DNA of 64,000 nt from Entomortierella parvispora E1425 (GCA_020891255.1 BQFW01000008.1:2666001-2730000); one strand, 5' to 3'; positions 11,706 through 23,590 are shown, numbered from the stretch's first letter. Notes: generated from the sequence alone by a model not told the origin. Translations and numbers: made by a program.

Positions 11706-12808
11706 GCTGCACGGTGTTTGTTTGGGTTGAAGAGAAAGAACAAAACGCGTCCCAAAATGAGAAACCCAAAAAATAAAAAATAAAAAATCACGTGTTTTTC
11801 AGTTGGTGGCGCCGCCACGGCAGAGCACAAAATGATCTCGACGCGTCAGACACTCTTGGTCTGGGTGGGCATGGTTCTCTTACTCGGGGTTGATGTCGCG
11901 ACTCGAAAGGCAAAATGAAGATTTTTGGGCTGAATTCACCAAACGTTGTTGTGGTGTGAATACCATTCCATTGATCGTTGTGAGTCCTGAGCACTGCTTT
12001 TGACAGGACAACAATCAACTGACCGAGACTGGCAATCTGTTTTTTTTTGTTAGAGCTTGGGCAGAAATAAGTGTCCGTTGTACTGGTTCAGAGTGGAGCA
12101 TGGTATTGCGCACGAGATGCTTCTGAATTTCAGCATGAGCTACAGGGAACTACACAATGTCCATATACAGAGCGTGGACGCGATCCGGACTCCCTTTCTT
12201 CCATTGTACATTATTCTCCTCAAGCACACACAGTTCATCTGGAATAGCTCATCGAGGATCCAAAGTAGAGCAGGGAAAATAAAAGTTGATCGCCGCACTG
12301 TAATGATGGAAGCAGCCAATGCCAAACGAGCTGTTTTCACAGGAGGGCACAAGGTTCCCTTAAACCTTACATTGTTTAAAGCTCTTTTTTTTTTGGACAA
12401 ATGGTGCGCGCTGCAGTACAGTTTTTTTCCCCATCGCCCCCGCCCTCGCCCTCGCTGAATCCCACGCTCCAGTCGCCCAACGACCAATACCTCGTTAAGG
12501 TTTTCCCCTTCCAGTGAGCACGAAACGATGTGTCTTTTGTTGTCTAGATCCACGAGGACAGAAAATTCTCTTCTTGTGCATGCGTTTTCTGTGCCACTTT
12601 GAGACAGACAAACCGATTGTGCCACGATGGCACAGTTATCTAACCCCACGCCCACGGCTCTCTCCATTTTTTTTCTCTTCACCCTGTTATTATTACCGCG
12701 CTTTTTTTTCTTTTTTCTTTCTTTTTTTTTTTTTTTTCTTCTTTTTCGGGACATCTGCATCAGTTCAAACATCGACATCACCTGTATCTTGTCCTTGAGA
12801 TGTTGGAC

Positions 12809-12909
12809 CGGAACCTTCATCCGGACGAATAAACAATACGCGTTCTAGAACCAGTCGGTTGTCAATGTGATCGCGCGGAACCTTCATCCGGGCGAACAAA
12901 TAATACGCG
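12809..12909. repeat. Imperfect 34-bp direct repeat (12809-12842 and 12876-12909)
   Basis: CGGAACCTTCATCCGGACGAATAAACAATACGCG vs CGGAACCTTCATCCGGGCGAACAAATAATACGCG. Confidence 0.75.
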
Positions 12910-13204
12910 ATATCGAATGAACTTCCGTACTCACTCACGGTAAGCGATCCAGCACTGGTATGGCGCCTGGACGCGCTGAAAAAAAAATCAGTCATCATGG
13001 TTGTCTTTTGTGAGGTTATAGCAGTCAAATATAAGGAACAGGAAGCACTGCTGTGTATTTGAAATTGGCTAAGCGAGGTCTAAGAATTCTTGTTCATTGC
13101 TTTACAAACAGGTTCGAGATTCCTAGAGCCGCTCTTGACAAGATCGCGATGAGTTACAGGGAAGACTTGCGCCATTCTGTAAATCCCTTGCTTGTAGTTC
13201 CTAT

Positions 13205-13452
13205 TTACAATTGGCAGCCACCTGGCCTGATAGAGATGGAATAATGATACAATGAGACGACATATTGGTTTTGAGGTACCACTTTGACTAATCTTCACTA
13301 GTCTGTATCAAGGCAGCATCAACTTACTGGCAGTTCTGGGGTCCGCAGCTCTGGTCACGGCTTGGAATGCAGGCCTCTTCTTCAGCAACGAAAGGGGCGG
13401 CAGCTGCAAGTCCCAAGAGAACAACAAGGACAATCAAAGTCTTGAATTGCAT
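13205..13452 (-). CDS. 48-aa small secreted Cys-rich peptide, two exons (13452-13328, 13226-13205)
   Basis: MQFKTLIVLVVLLGLAAA signal-like N-terminus. Donor CA|GTAAGT at 13327 and acceptor ctctatcag| at 13227 give APFVAEEEACIPSRDQSCGPQNCQPGGCQL* (4 Cys). TATAAA at 13545-13550 on the minus strand. Confidence 0.7.
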
Positions 13453-14260
13453 TTTTGGAGTGGTGAGAGGTGAGAGGTCGGGTGAGAAGATGAGTGGGAA
13501 GATTGGATGAAGAAAAAGAAAGGAAGTGGAAGCTTCCATCTGCCTTTATATGCATTTTAGGCCCACAGACTGGAAGCAAAACGTGGGACCTGGCCTGGTG
13601 AACAAGGTTTGGGAGGGCTTAGGGAAGAGGTACGGAGATGATCTTCTTCCGAACAGTTGCGCGTTCGAAGGGACCAATAAAAAGCTTCCTAGGACAAACC
13701 ATCCGATGGCAGAGAGCAGCCCCAAAGCATAGGTTGTCGAGAAAGCCTCTCTCATTCTAATATCCAATTTAAATTGGGATGGTGAATATCGCTCTGGACT
13801 AGCTGTTCGAAGGTGTTCTGGGCAAAGTTGTGAGTGCGAGCACGATGGACGATGGAAGTGGCAGAGAAGAGGCAGAGTCAGTAGTTCTCGAGAAAAGAGA
13901 AGGGAGAGGTCTACACTTGAAAAAAAAACTGCCTGATGCATTCAACTGTATCGCGATGATGAGAAGGCCGAATAAGATGGGGTAGAGGAAGTCCTCGACA
14001 ATGCAGACATCCATTGGTGAGATGTCCGCCATCTTCTCCCCATGGTCTTCAACTAAGATTTTCTGTGGCCTATAATATATTAAGGTTTGTGCCGACACAC
14101 GTTCTGCTCCAAGTGTATGGGTCTGTACTCGTCAGATGAGCTAGTTTGAGCTTCAGCATCTTGTACCGTACATGTACTCTCTAGGGCCGCGGAAAAACCT
14201 CAAAGACTGTTGTTCACCATGGAAGGGGACAAAAGCTCTTATTTGTCGTCTAGTTTTCTG

Positions 14261-14338
14261 CACCGCGCCCTGGTCATACACCGCTCTGGTCATTCACCGC
14301 GCCCTGGTTCATTCACCGCGCCCTGGTCATTCACCGCG
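14261..14338. repeat. Minisatellite, ~18-bp unit CACCGCGCCCTGGTCATT x ~4.4
   Basis: Directly visible tandem units with small indels. Confidence 0.85.
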
Positions 14339-14585
14339 TTTGATCAACTTTATGTTTTCTGCCAAGAAAAAAAAAAAAAAAAAAAAAAAAGAAAGGTATC
14401 CAATTTCATTCGTTCGTGCTGGAATGCTTGTTTTGATGTTCTTTCGAAGTACATATTCAAGTACATTCTTTACGAGGCATATCATTTTTTATTCAATCAA
14501 GAGAATCTGTGGTTGGTATGCGAGACTCACAGTGTGCAGCTCTCCTTACTTGCTCTGAAATTCCGTGAGTACTTGAAAGATCGCC

Positions 14586-16151
14586 TCAGAGACCGTTGCC
14601 ATTCACGAAGGACGTCAGCTTTGGCCACCACTGCAGCATCCATCGCAGTCTCTCGTCCCGACTCATTCGAGATCGATTATACTCACCGCCTGAACCAAAT
14701 CTGCTGTCCAATTTCGTGCGACACTCAGAATAGTCCAAGACAGTGATTTGTGAAAGTACAAGTGTTTCCAAGTGTTTCATTGTGGGAAATGGTTCTAACA
14801 TTTGATCATTTTCCGCGGCGACCCAGTTGCCGCGAGCCATTGACCCTACTTTGAGAGTCTTGAGCCCTATCGACTGCTCGGGGGAGGACTCAACCTCCCG
14901 GCCAGCGTCCAGTTCATAATTCCAGCTGGAGCACTCACTCTCTCTTGGCAACAGGGCAGTGGACTCTAGTCGTGGACATTCAAGATAGGCGAGATTGGGA
15001 CACGATCGAATGACAATGTCCGTTAATTTTCTTTCGGCGATCATTCGGCTCCTCATCGCCGGCCATTCTTGAAGGCGAATCGTTGTGACCTTGTCGATCC
15101 CTTTGAGACGAAAGGTTTTCAAAGCCTCAAAGTGTCTGCGCGCAGACTCCATCGTGCGATCACCAAACTCGCAATCCTCAATAGAAAGCTCCTCCAGGGC
15201 CTTTTGGCAGCTGTCCAAGATTTCTGAAACCTCCTTATCCTCTTTGACATTCTTGATTGTGAGTTTGAGCAAGTTTTTACACTGGTTCAATCGAACTTTG
15301 GCAGAGCGATCCGGGTCTCCGCCCAAGTCGAGCTCAAGTGATTTCAACTCTGAACGTGAGGTCAGGTCGTAAATTTGTTGCGAAGCATCCCCCCACTCGC
15401 TTGACAAATTTAATTCTTTCAACGCAGGGGCCAAAGTCGCATCCTGAAGCGGGTGGTTCTCGTCCGAGTTCATATAGGTCCTTCGTATAGAAAGAGACAA
15501 AAGAGAGCGACAAGTCTTCAAACCTTTAGCAAAGTCAAGCAGATCAAGAAAGCAACCCTCCAGTTGCAGCTTGGTCAGGTGTGGGCATGATTCTGCAATC
15601 TGGGAGAACTCTGCGGCTTGACTCAAATTAGCGCGATAAAGATCTAGGACTTGAAGTCCTGGGTTCTTGGTGAATAGGATCATGAAAGAGAATCTTCCTT
15701 TGTCTTTGTCTCTCTCAAAGAAAAGGCTGTTGCATTCCAGTCTCAGGTCTATCAGGGACGTGAATCGAGATTGAATATTGTTCCAGGAAGAGATCTCAAG
15801 TTTCTCATCCACGACCAGATGCTTGATATGAAACTGGTACTGAAGAAAGGCGCCCATGCAGGGTGCTGCCATCATCTTTCGATAGCGTTCCCAGTCTTTG
15901 GCTCTTGGACCGAAAACATCTGAAAGTATATTCACCGGAGGATCCTGCTTGCATTCAAGAGGTCTTCTCAGATCAAGGACGTTGTAGAGAAAAGGGCAGA
16001 ATAGAGTGTGCCACTCTCTTGAGACTTGGACACATGCAGCGAGATCGGCAGAGGTGAGATTGTTGCCGACCCAGCACAGGATTTCGGGAGGAAGGTCGAG
16101 GGATGTGCGAGCAAATAGAGTCGAAGCAGTGTAAGGAGGATTGAGCGACAT
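14586..16151 (-). CDS. F-box/LRR protein D1 (521 aa, intronless)
   Basis: LDLPPEILCWVGNNLTSADLAACVQVSREWHTLF F-box, LRRs (ESCPHLTKLQL, RSCPNLAYLEC) and C-terminal LRWMLQWWPKL. Confidence 0.85.
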   Translation of the reverse strand: MSLNPPYTASTLFARTSLDLPPEILCWVGNNLTSADLAACVQVSREWHTLFCPFLYNVLDLRRPLECKQDPPVNILSDVFGPRAKDWERYRKMMAAPCMGAFLQYQFHIKHLVVDEKLEISSWNNIQSRFTSLIDLRLECNSLFFERDKDKGRFSFMILFTKNPGLQVLDLYRANLSQAAEFSQIAESCPHLTKLQLEGCFLDLLDFAKGLKTCRSLLSLSIRRTYMNSDENHPLQDATLAPALKELNLSSEWGDASQQIYDLTSRSELKSLELDLGGDPDRSAKVRLNQCKNLLKLTIKNVKEDKEVSEILDSCQKALEELSIEDCEFGDRTMESARRHFEALKTFRLKGIDKVTTIRLQEWPAMRSRMIAERKLTDIVIRSCPNLAYLECPRLESTALLPRESECSSWNYELDAGREVESSPEQSIGLKTLKVGSMARGNWVAAENDQMLEPFPTMKHLETLVLSQITVLDYSECRTKLDSRFGSGGEYNRSRMSRDERLRWMLQWWPKLTSFVNGNGL

Positions 16152-16942
16152 GATTTTTTGGAGAGATGAGGGAAGCAGAAGCAGAGGAGAGAAGACAAGG
16201 AGGGAAAGCAGTAGGAATCAGAGGCGCAAGAGACATAAACCTCCGATCTGGTGGCAACACGTAAATTTGTGGCTGGTTTGACCCTTGGGAGGTCAAAGCG
16301 TCCCAAGTGCGACAAATATGGTCATTGTCACGAGCACTTGATGAGACACTGTTGGGAGAGAGGGGAAGGATAGGGGATGATGAAGAAGTAGGACAAAGGT
16401 GCAGCATGTGGCCACCGTGCTGGTGAGCGGCGTCCAAGGAGCGGGTCTTGAGATAAAAAGTCACTCAAGCGACTTGTCGGCCATCCGGTCTCCTCTACCA
16501 GGGGACCAGAGCGCGACCTGGTTGTTGGCGATCCTTCAGATCATGTGCACGACAACGACGATGATAGACTAGCAGGGGAAGGAAGCCCAGTGAAAACAAA
16601 CGAGCCAACAACAAGGAGCGACCGAGACAGGGGTTTAGTTTGCATGACAACAACGACAGTGGTGGGATGAAGGGGGAGACATAATGACGGCCATAATGAC
16701 GGCAACAATGACGGCGAGCAAGGGGATGAGCAAAAGAACGACACATGCAGCCGTACAGTACAACGAAATAAGAAAGAAAACGAAAAAAGGGGTATCCAGA
16801 GGGGAAAAGAGGGGGGAACGTGTGCGTGTGCTCGGTAACACACAGGCATCCAGGAACACAAATGACACGCCGGGGTGCTCAGCTGGCCACACGTTCTTTT
16901 CTGGCTCACTGTTTGGCTTTGTTTGATTTTATATATGTGTGT

Positions 16943-16990
16943 GTGTGCAGTGGAGGTGTGCAGTGGAGGTGTGCAGTGGAGGTGTGCAGT
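16943..16990. repeat. 13-bp tandem repeat GTGTGCAGTGGAG x ~3.7 upstream of the CLC gene
   Basis: Directly visible. Confidence 0.85.
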
Positions 16991-17219
16991 CTGTCACTCT
17001 CTCTCACCCACAACACGCACACATGCACACCTCCCTTTTTGGCTCATTCGTCCTCATTCCATCGTCTGTTCTCTTTTCTCTTTTCTCTCCTCTCATTTCT
17101 TCTCTTTCCTCATTCTCATTCACTCCATCCAGTTCATCGCTCCATTCTTCTCTTCTCTCTTCCCTCTCCTCCCCTTCTTTCATTCTCCCTCTCTGCCTTG
17201 TTCTTCTCTTCCCCCTTGA

Positions 17220-20200
17220 ATGAGCTCCTCCAAGGACGACGCCTCGGGTAGCCCCTCCTCGCAGTCCCAATCCTTGCCCCAATCTCACCCTTCCCTCGAC
17301 CGTGTCCAGTCACCCCCGAACCAGCCTCGACGCTCTCTTTCCACCCAACTCGCTCCAGACTACCACGACTGGGTGAACGACGTCTCTTCTTCTCGCCCCA
17401 CCTCTTCTGAATCTGCCTCCAACGGCCCACCCCCTACATCCTCCACCACCACAAACCGCTTTTTGGACGCGGTCTCTGGTCGCTCCAAGGCCCAGCAAGG
17501 TCGCGCTCGCAGAGAGAATCAACCTAGTTTCTCTGGGTCAGCCTTCACCAACTCTGATCGCGAGGACAACGCGGATGATGACGATAGAGTAAATAACAAC
17601 GCTAACAACCACTCAGACCCGAGTCCAGACCAGTCCACAATGCACTCTTCAAAAGACTCCACCCAGAACTCATCACCAGCATTATCTGCCGATAAGACTT
17701 GCCCTGCACCTGCAAGCAAACTACCTGCCTTGGATCAGAGTCGCGTCGCTGTGTCTGATCCAAGTAGACCGGCCTACAAGCTGGGAGCACCCATCGTGCC
17801 CAAACCTCGTCCTCTTCAGATCCCACGCTCACCCCAGGATCTCATGGGCTCTGATCAGCCCACAGAGACCTCTGCGCTCTTGGGCAGTCAAAACAGCTTG
17901 CGGAAGCCTCAAGGGGAGGAACGAGTGCGTTGGACAAATGAAGGGTCAAGGAGAGGAACAGCCCGTTACAATGGGATTGATGATGAAACGGACGGAGCAG
18001 ACGATCTTTCCGAGGGGGATTCTTTGCGTCGGCCATCCAGGTAAGATAAAAAAAAAAAAAAATCAGGGCAGCATGGAAAGCAGGTTCAGGATCATGTTTT
18101 GACTGCATGCCTGTCAGCCAGATCGGGAGTCCAAACACACAAACTCTCTTTGTGATCACACGCGCCATCGACACAGCGAGTGGTGTTATCCTGTGTGATG
18201 GGTGGCAGGAGATGGGTTGGGATTGGGGGTCCGATTGCACGCATCTCTATGTCGCACGAGCTGCTGCTGACGCTATTGACAATTGCATGCTGTTAAAAAA
18301 AACAAAAAACACAGGGCTAGATCAATGTCACCGACTCTCGAGTCACGGCGGGGAGGCCATCAAAACAGAGGACGGGTTGCCTTTAGGAATTATGAAAACG
18401 GTGACCACGCAAACTCGAGCCGCCGTAGGAACAAGACTCTGCAAAGTTTGCGTCGATCTAGTCTTGCCAATATCAACATGGTCAAGGAAAAGTTCTTGTC
18501 TCGCAGGAGTGGGTTTTATGATGATGCCAAGGAGGCTCTTGTGAAGGAGAACAACGGAATCCGCATTTGGTACCACAACTACACAACCATTGGTAAGTCT
18601 TGGTCATCTCTTCCGTCCCTATTCCTCTCTTTTTCCAGTAGGATCTGATAGCTGGCTGCAGGGTCTGTTGGACGGGTTACTTACAATCACGTTTTTTTAA
18701 ACTCAATTTGTTCTTGTTCGGCGTCGCTGCAGACTGGATCCACGACTTTGTCAAAGAGCGAGTGCGACTAAGACATTTAAGATCGCTGGGAGGTATCCGC
18801 GGGATGCTCAGAAACAAGGCTGACGGTCTGAAGGGTTGGGTCCTCGTGCTCCTGACAGGTAAGTTTTGCTATGTTGCAAAAATGTCGAAATCTGCCAGTG
18901 ATCGGCTGCCCAAAAAGTCCAGCGGACGGTCAAATCGGGAGGGTGAAATCTTAATTGCAACCCCGGTATTCGGAAAGAACAAACAATCGCTACCATCCAT
19001 CGCATCTAACTTTTCTACGCTTGCTTTCTTTGATGGGAACCAACCATAGGAGTCATCACGGCATGCTTGGCCGCATTCATCGATGTATCGAGTTGGTGGC
19101 TGGGTGATCTGCGAATGGGTTACTGCACAACCAGCTTTTGGTGGAGTCAGTACTTTTGCTGTTGGGAATCCAGTTCTGGTAAGAAGAGTGCGACGAAACC
19201 CAGATGCTGTGCGCTGGTTAAGAAGATCCAGCAATGTGATACAAGGAGAACAGGCTGATTGACGCTGGCATTACCATCTCGCTATCTCCCTCATCATAGC
19301 TGAGCCCACCTGTCCAGAGTGGGTGTCATGGTCCCAAGCTCTGTCTTCTTCTGACGAGATATTGGGAGTTTCACGTTATACCTTTGACTGGATCGTCTAC
19401 TGTTGTTTTGGAGTAAGAAAAGTGGTTTCAGCGAACAGCTCTTTCCAACCGGGGTTATGAAGAAAACATTACTCACGGAGCAAATTGTTTACTCTCCGCC
19501 ACAATAGACAATATTCGCCTTTATTTGCGTGGTCATGGTCACATCTGACGGCACGGTGTCTCAACAAAAATCACATGGAGCAACAAAGCGCCGGAGTGGA
19601 CCCAACTACGGCGATATGCCAAACTCCAGCTCCAGGAACTCAATGGAGTCTATCTTGGTAGCATCCCAGCCCAAAAAGATTGCCTACTTTGGGGCCGGAT
19701 CCGGAATTCCAGAAGTCAAAACTATTCTTGGCGGGTTCGTTATCCGAGGATTCCTGGGATTCAGGACTTTGATGATCAAGTTGATTGGCCTGGTAAGACA
19801 TTTCGTGGTGCAAGTGAACAAAAAAAAGGTCTCCAATTAGAAGCACCTTATTAATCGTACTGGTTCTCCATTAGCCACTGATGGTCGCATCAGGATTGAA
19901 CATGGGCAAGCAAGGGCCGTTGGTGCATATTGCCTGTTGCGTGGGCAACATTGTTTGCCGTATCTTTGACAAATATAACCGCAACGATGGTAAGAGTTGG
20001 AAGATTCTCAGAGGATACTGATTATTCTCAGAGACCAAGTATGCTAACACATATCGGAACTTAGGTAAACGCAGGGAAATTCTTTCAGCAGCAGCAGCTT
20101 CCGGAGTGGCGGTGGCTTTTGGTGCGCCTATTGGCGGCGTATTGTTTTCTCTGGAGGAAGTTTCTTACTACTTCCCAAGCAAGACCATGTGGCGGACGTA

Positions 20201-22520
20201 TTTTTGTGCTTTGATTTCGGCTGTCGTTCTTAAGGTGCGCTTTCAATGGTCATGGAGTCAGGACAAGATTGACATCATATACTGACATCGTATACTGACA
20301 TGACCCAATTGTTTATCTAGATGATCAACCCTTATCGAGTGGGCAAGACTGTGCTCTTTCAAGTGACATACGACCGAGATTGGCATCTCTTCGAGTCCTT
20401 GCCATTCTTTTTTATCAGTGTCTTTGGGGTAACAATCTCGAAATGATATATTAATTTGAATCCACCCTTATTGGCCACATATAACTAATTCCTTCTCCCC
20501 ACTTGGTTTCCAGGGTGTGTATGGAGCCATTTTTTCACAGTTCCACATGTCCTACTCTCGGTTTCGATCAAGGACATGGATTGGACGACATCCGGTGCAG
20601 GAGGTACTGGCCGTCACAGTGTTAACCTGCGCCATTCAATGGATTAATCCTTGGACCCGAGTCAATTTGTTGCAGCTCCTGACAAACTTGTACAGCGAAT
20701 GTACGCCCGAAAACAATCTGCAGGGCATGTGCGCGTAGGTTTTTCAATTGGGAATGTGATCAACATTGTGCACGTTAGCATGTTGTGTGTCTCTAACGAT
20801 CGCCCATTCTCTTGTTCTTTTTTTTAATCATTTTCACAGGGTGGAGGTTGACCACATATACCCAATTTTTTTGTTATTGGCACAAGTGTTCTTGATCAAG
20901 GTCTTTTTGAACTTTTTGACTTTTGGAGTCAAGGTTCCAGGAGGCATCTTCATTCCCACCATGGTTGCCGGAGCCGTGTTTGGTCGCATGGTCGGTCTCG
21001 GCATGCAGTGGATCATTGTGTAAGTTTCTAGAATCTGTATTGTGGAATAGCTTTTGTCGAGTCAATGGGAAAGCTGATCTGATCTATAACCTGTTCTCTA
21101 CAGAAAATATCCTGATAATCAACTTTTCGAAGTCTGCGAAGGCGAGAGTATGGACTGCATCATTCCTGGACTCTACGCCCTAATTGGAGCAGCTGCATGT
21201 CTCGCAGGAGTCACTCGGATGACGGTTTCTCTTGTGGTCATTATGTTCGAACTGACTGGCGCCATGACCTACTCGCTTCCTATTATGATGGCTGTCATGA
21301 TGGGTAAATTTGTCGGCGATGCGTTTTCGCCGGATGCCTTCTTCAACAAGCTGATCGATCTGAACGAGCATCCATACTTGGACAACAAAAAGGACTACAA
21401 CACCTTTGGCACTGCGGCTGATATTGCGGACCGGTATCTGGAAACCATTGATGTCAATGCCGTTAACAACGTTGAATCCCTCAGACGAAAGGTTGAAATT
21501 TTGGCCGCCTCTGGGTATTCTGATGGCGGTTTACCAATTGTGGATCACGGCATCCTGGTGGGTTATATTGCTTCGAACGAGTTGGGACACGCACTGAATT
21601 TGGCGGAGCAGAAACATCCGGACTGTATTTGCATTTTCAGAAATCGCGCCAGCTCCAACACTCCAGCGACAGAAATCATTACTTCCCTGGATGGGTTTGG
21701 CACGAATGAGAACGGCCACAGCATTGACAGCGTTCATGGCACAGGGAATGGTGGCTACGGAATCAATGACCTTACAACATCGCCTATAGAGCAAGAGGGA
21801 CCCTACCGTCGTCGGGGAGGCGCCCCTCAACAACAGCCTTTCCGTATACCCGATTTCAGTGAAGATGTTGCACAGAGTCGGGTTAATGGGGTTGACTATG
21901 ACAATGACATGCTAGGATATGGTCGACCGATTAGGGACTCTGCTGATGTTGAATCTCGGTATGCTGGAAGTCGAGATAGCTTGAATCGCATTTTGCGATC
22001 CGATAGCAAGAAGAGTTTCAAGAGCGACAATGGAACGCTGCACCGAGGATACTCTGGGTCCATGACTGGAGACGATGGTGCCAGTGAACTTTCATACACG
22101 GATGGAACGAGGCGGTTTACTCATATTGATGCACGGGTGAGTAGCTCTGGTACGACGGATCTGCTCCGTGATCCCGCTCATACCATGGATTTCACGCCGT
22201 TTACGGATCAGGTAAAACATGACGTGTCTAGCTGGAGAAACTTGAATGTTGAAATGATGCTATTATTTCTTGAACCTAACTTTTTATCTGTGTTACTTTT
22301 TTGTTGGGATCCAAAAAAAAAGGCACCACTCTCCGTCAGCCTATTCTCGTCCATGGATCTGGTGATGGAGCTCTTTATCAAACTCGGCATCAAGTATGTC
22401 TGTGTGGTCAAAGCTGGAGAGCACTATGGCATGATCCACAAGAAGCGACTTTTGACGTTCTTGAAGGAAAATGATCAGAAACAAAAGCTCAAAGCTCGCC
22501 GACCATGGTTTTGGAAATAG
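17220..22520 (+). CDS. CLC-family chloride channel/transporter (ClC-3/Gef1-like), multi-exon, long disordered N-terminus, C-terminal CBS pair with a large insertion
   Basis: YHNYTTI|[69 protein letters not shown] and the CBS region [13 protein letters not shown] ... [12 protein letters not shown]. Confidence 0.92.
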
Positions 22521-22654
22521 AAAAAAATGTAGCAAAGACGCGAAGACGGAAGCTACCTCCAACCCACTGCCTTTGTATATATTAAACACGATAACGAAAC
22601 TGTACAGAAAAAATGATATTTATTGTCAATGCTCGGGGGGAGGGGGGATTTTTT

Positions 22655-23590
22655 TTACAGCTTTCCTTGTGGGGGGTTGCGAAGGACATCGATCATTGTG
22701 CTCCAGTCATGGTCTCCAGCTCCACGCTCCTTCATGATCTCCAAATGCTTGTACGCCAATTCTGCGGTGGGCAAAGTCGTGCCATTCTCCTTGGCCAAAG
22801 TGTTCATATGGCCCACATCCTTCAAACCCAAGGTGACAGGGAAGCCTCCAGCCTTGGTGGCCGAGCGATCGGCCATCTTTTGACTGTAGGTGATCCAAGA
22901 AGGGGTGGGGAAGAAGGTCTCGATGAATTTCAAGACGGCGCCCTGGTCCATGTTGGATTTCTCTGCAAAGGTCAAACCCTCGGCCAGCAACTCGATGGTG
23001 CCGACGACAAAGAAGTTGCCCATCAACTTGAACTGACTGGCCTGACCCACATCCTCGGTCTTGAGATCAATGATGCTCTTGGACATGGCGGCGAAATAAG
23101 GGCGCAATTTCTCGATCGCCTCGGCATTGCCGCTGGTCAACCAGATCAGCTGGGCAGCATGGGCGGCTGGGGGGCGACCAAAGACGGGGCACTGCAAGAA
23201 AGCATGGCGACCTCCCTGGATCTCGGACAAGGCCTGGGAGAGTTTGCGAGGGATGGTAGGGTAGACGGTGCTGGTGTCGATAAAGATCATGGGATGAGTG
23301 GCATTTTGGGCAAGAGCAAAGAGTTGACCATAGACATTCTCGACGGCGGCATCGTTGGCGAGCGAAGTGAAGATGACTTGGTTCTTGAGGAAGAGAGCCT
23401 CGAGGGAGGGTGCGACTTGGGCGCCGAGGGCCTCGATCTCGGAGGACTTGCCGGGAGAACGGTTCCAGACGGTGAGGTGACGCGATTGAGAGGCGAGGTG
23501 CTTCTGGAGGTTGTGGGCCATGCCGGAACCCATTTCGCCCAGACCGACCCAACCGATCTGGATATCACTGTGAGAAGAGGTAGAAGCCAT
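22655..23590 (-). CDS. NAD(P)-binding beta-hydroxyacid dehydrogenase family protein (3-hydroxyisobutyrate/6PGD-like), 311 aa, intronless
   Basis: Rossmann IGWVGLGEMG, VWNRSPGK, DTSTVYP, CPVFGRP, catalytic-Lys motif FKLMGN and LGLKDV. Confidence 0.88.
   Translation of the reverse strand: MASTSSHSDIQIGWVGLGEMGSGMAHNLQKHLASQSRHLTVWNRSPGKSSEIEALGAQVAPSLEALFLKNQVIFTSLANDAAVENVYGQLFALAQNATHPMIFIDTSTVYPTIPRKLSQALSEIQGGRHAFLQCPVFGRPPAAHAAQLIWLTSGNAEAIEKLRPYFAAMSKSIIDLKTEDVGQASQFKLMGNFFVVGTIELLAEGLTFAEKSNMDQGAVLKFIETFFPTPSWITYSQKMADRSATKAGGFPVTLGLKDVGHMNTLAKENGTTLPTAELAYKHLEIMKERGAGDHDWSTMIDVLRNPPQGKL

Noticed and set aside
11900-12820. ORFs of 76-226 aa between A3 and the peptide gene
   Set aside because: Low-complexity starts, no motif or splice support. 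It could be a decayed relic, but I cannot identify one.
13546-14098. Hydrophobic minus-strand ORFs suggesting a small membrane protein
   Set aside because: No convincing splice path or start. The sequence looks like the C/T-rich promoter of the 48-aa peptide gene.
12809-14338. Short repeats considered as a CRISPR-like array
   Set aside because: Only two copies, or tandem units with no unique spacers. Eukaryotic context with no cas genes.
16200-17219. Cys/His-rich ORFs between D1 and the CLC gene
   Set aside because: They derive from microsatellite and pyrimidine tracts of a divergent promoter region.
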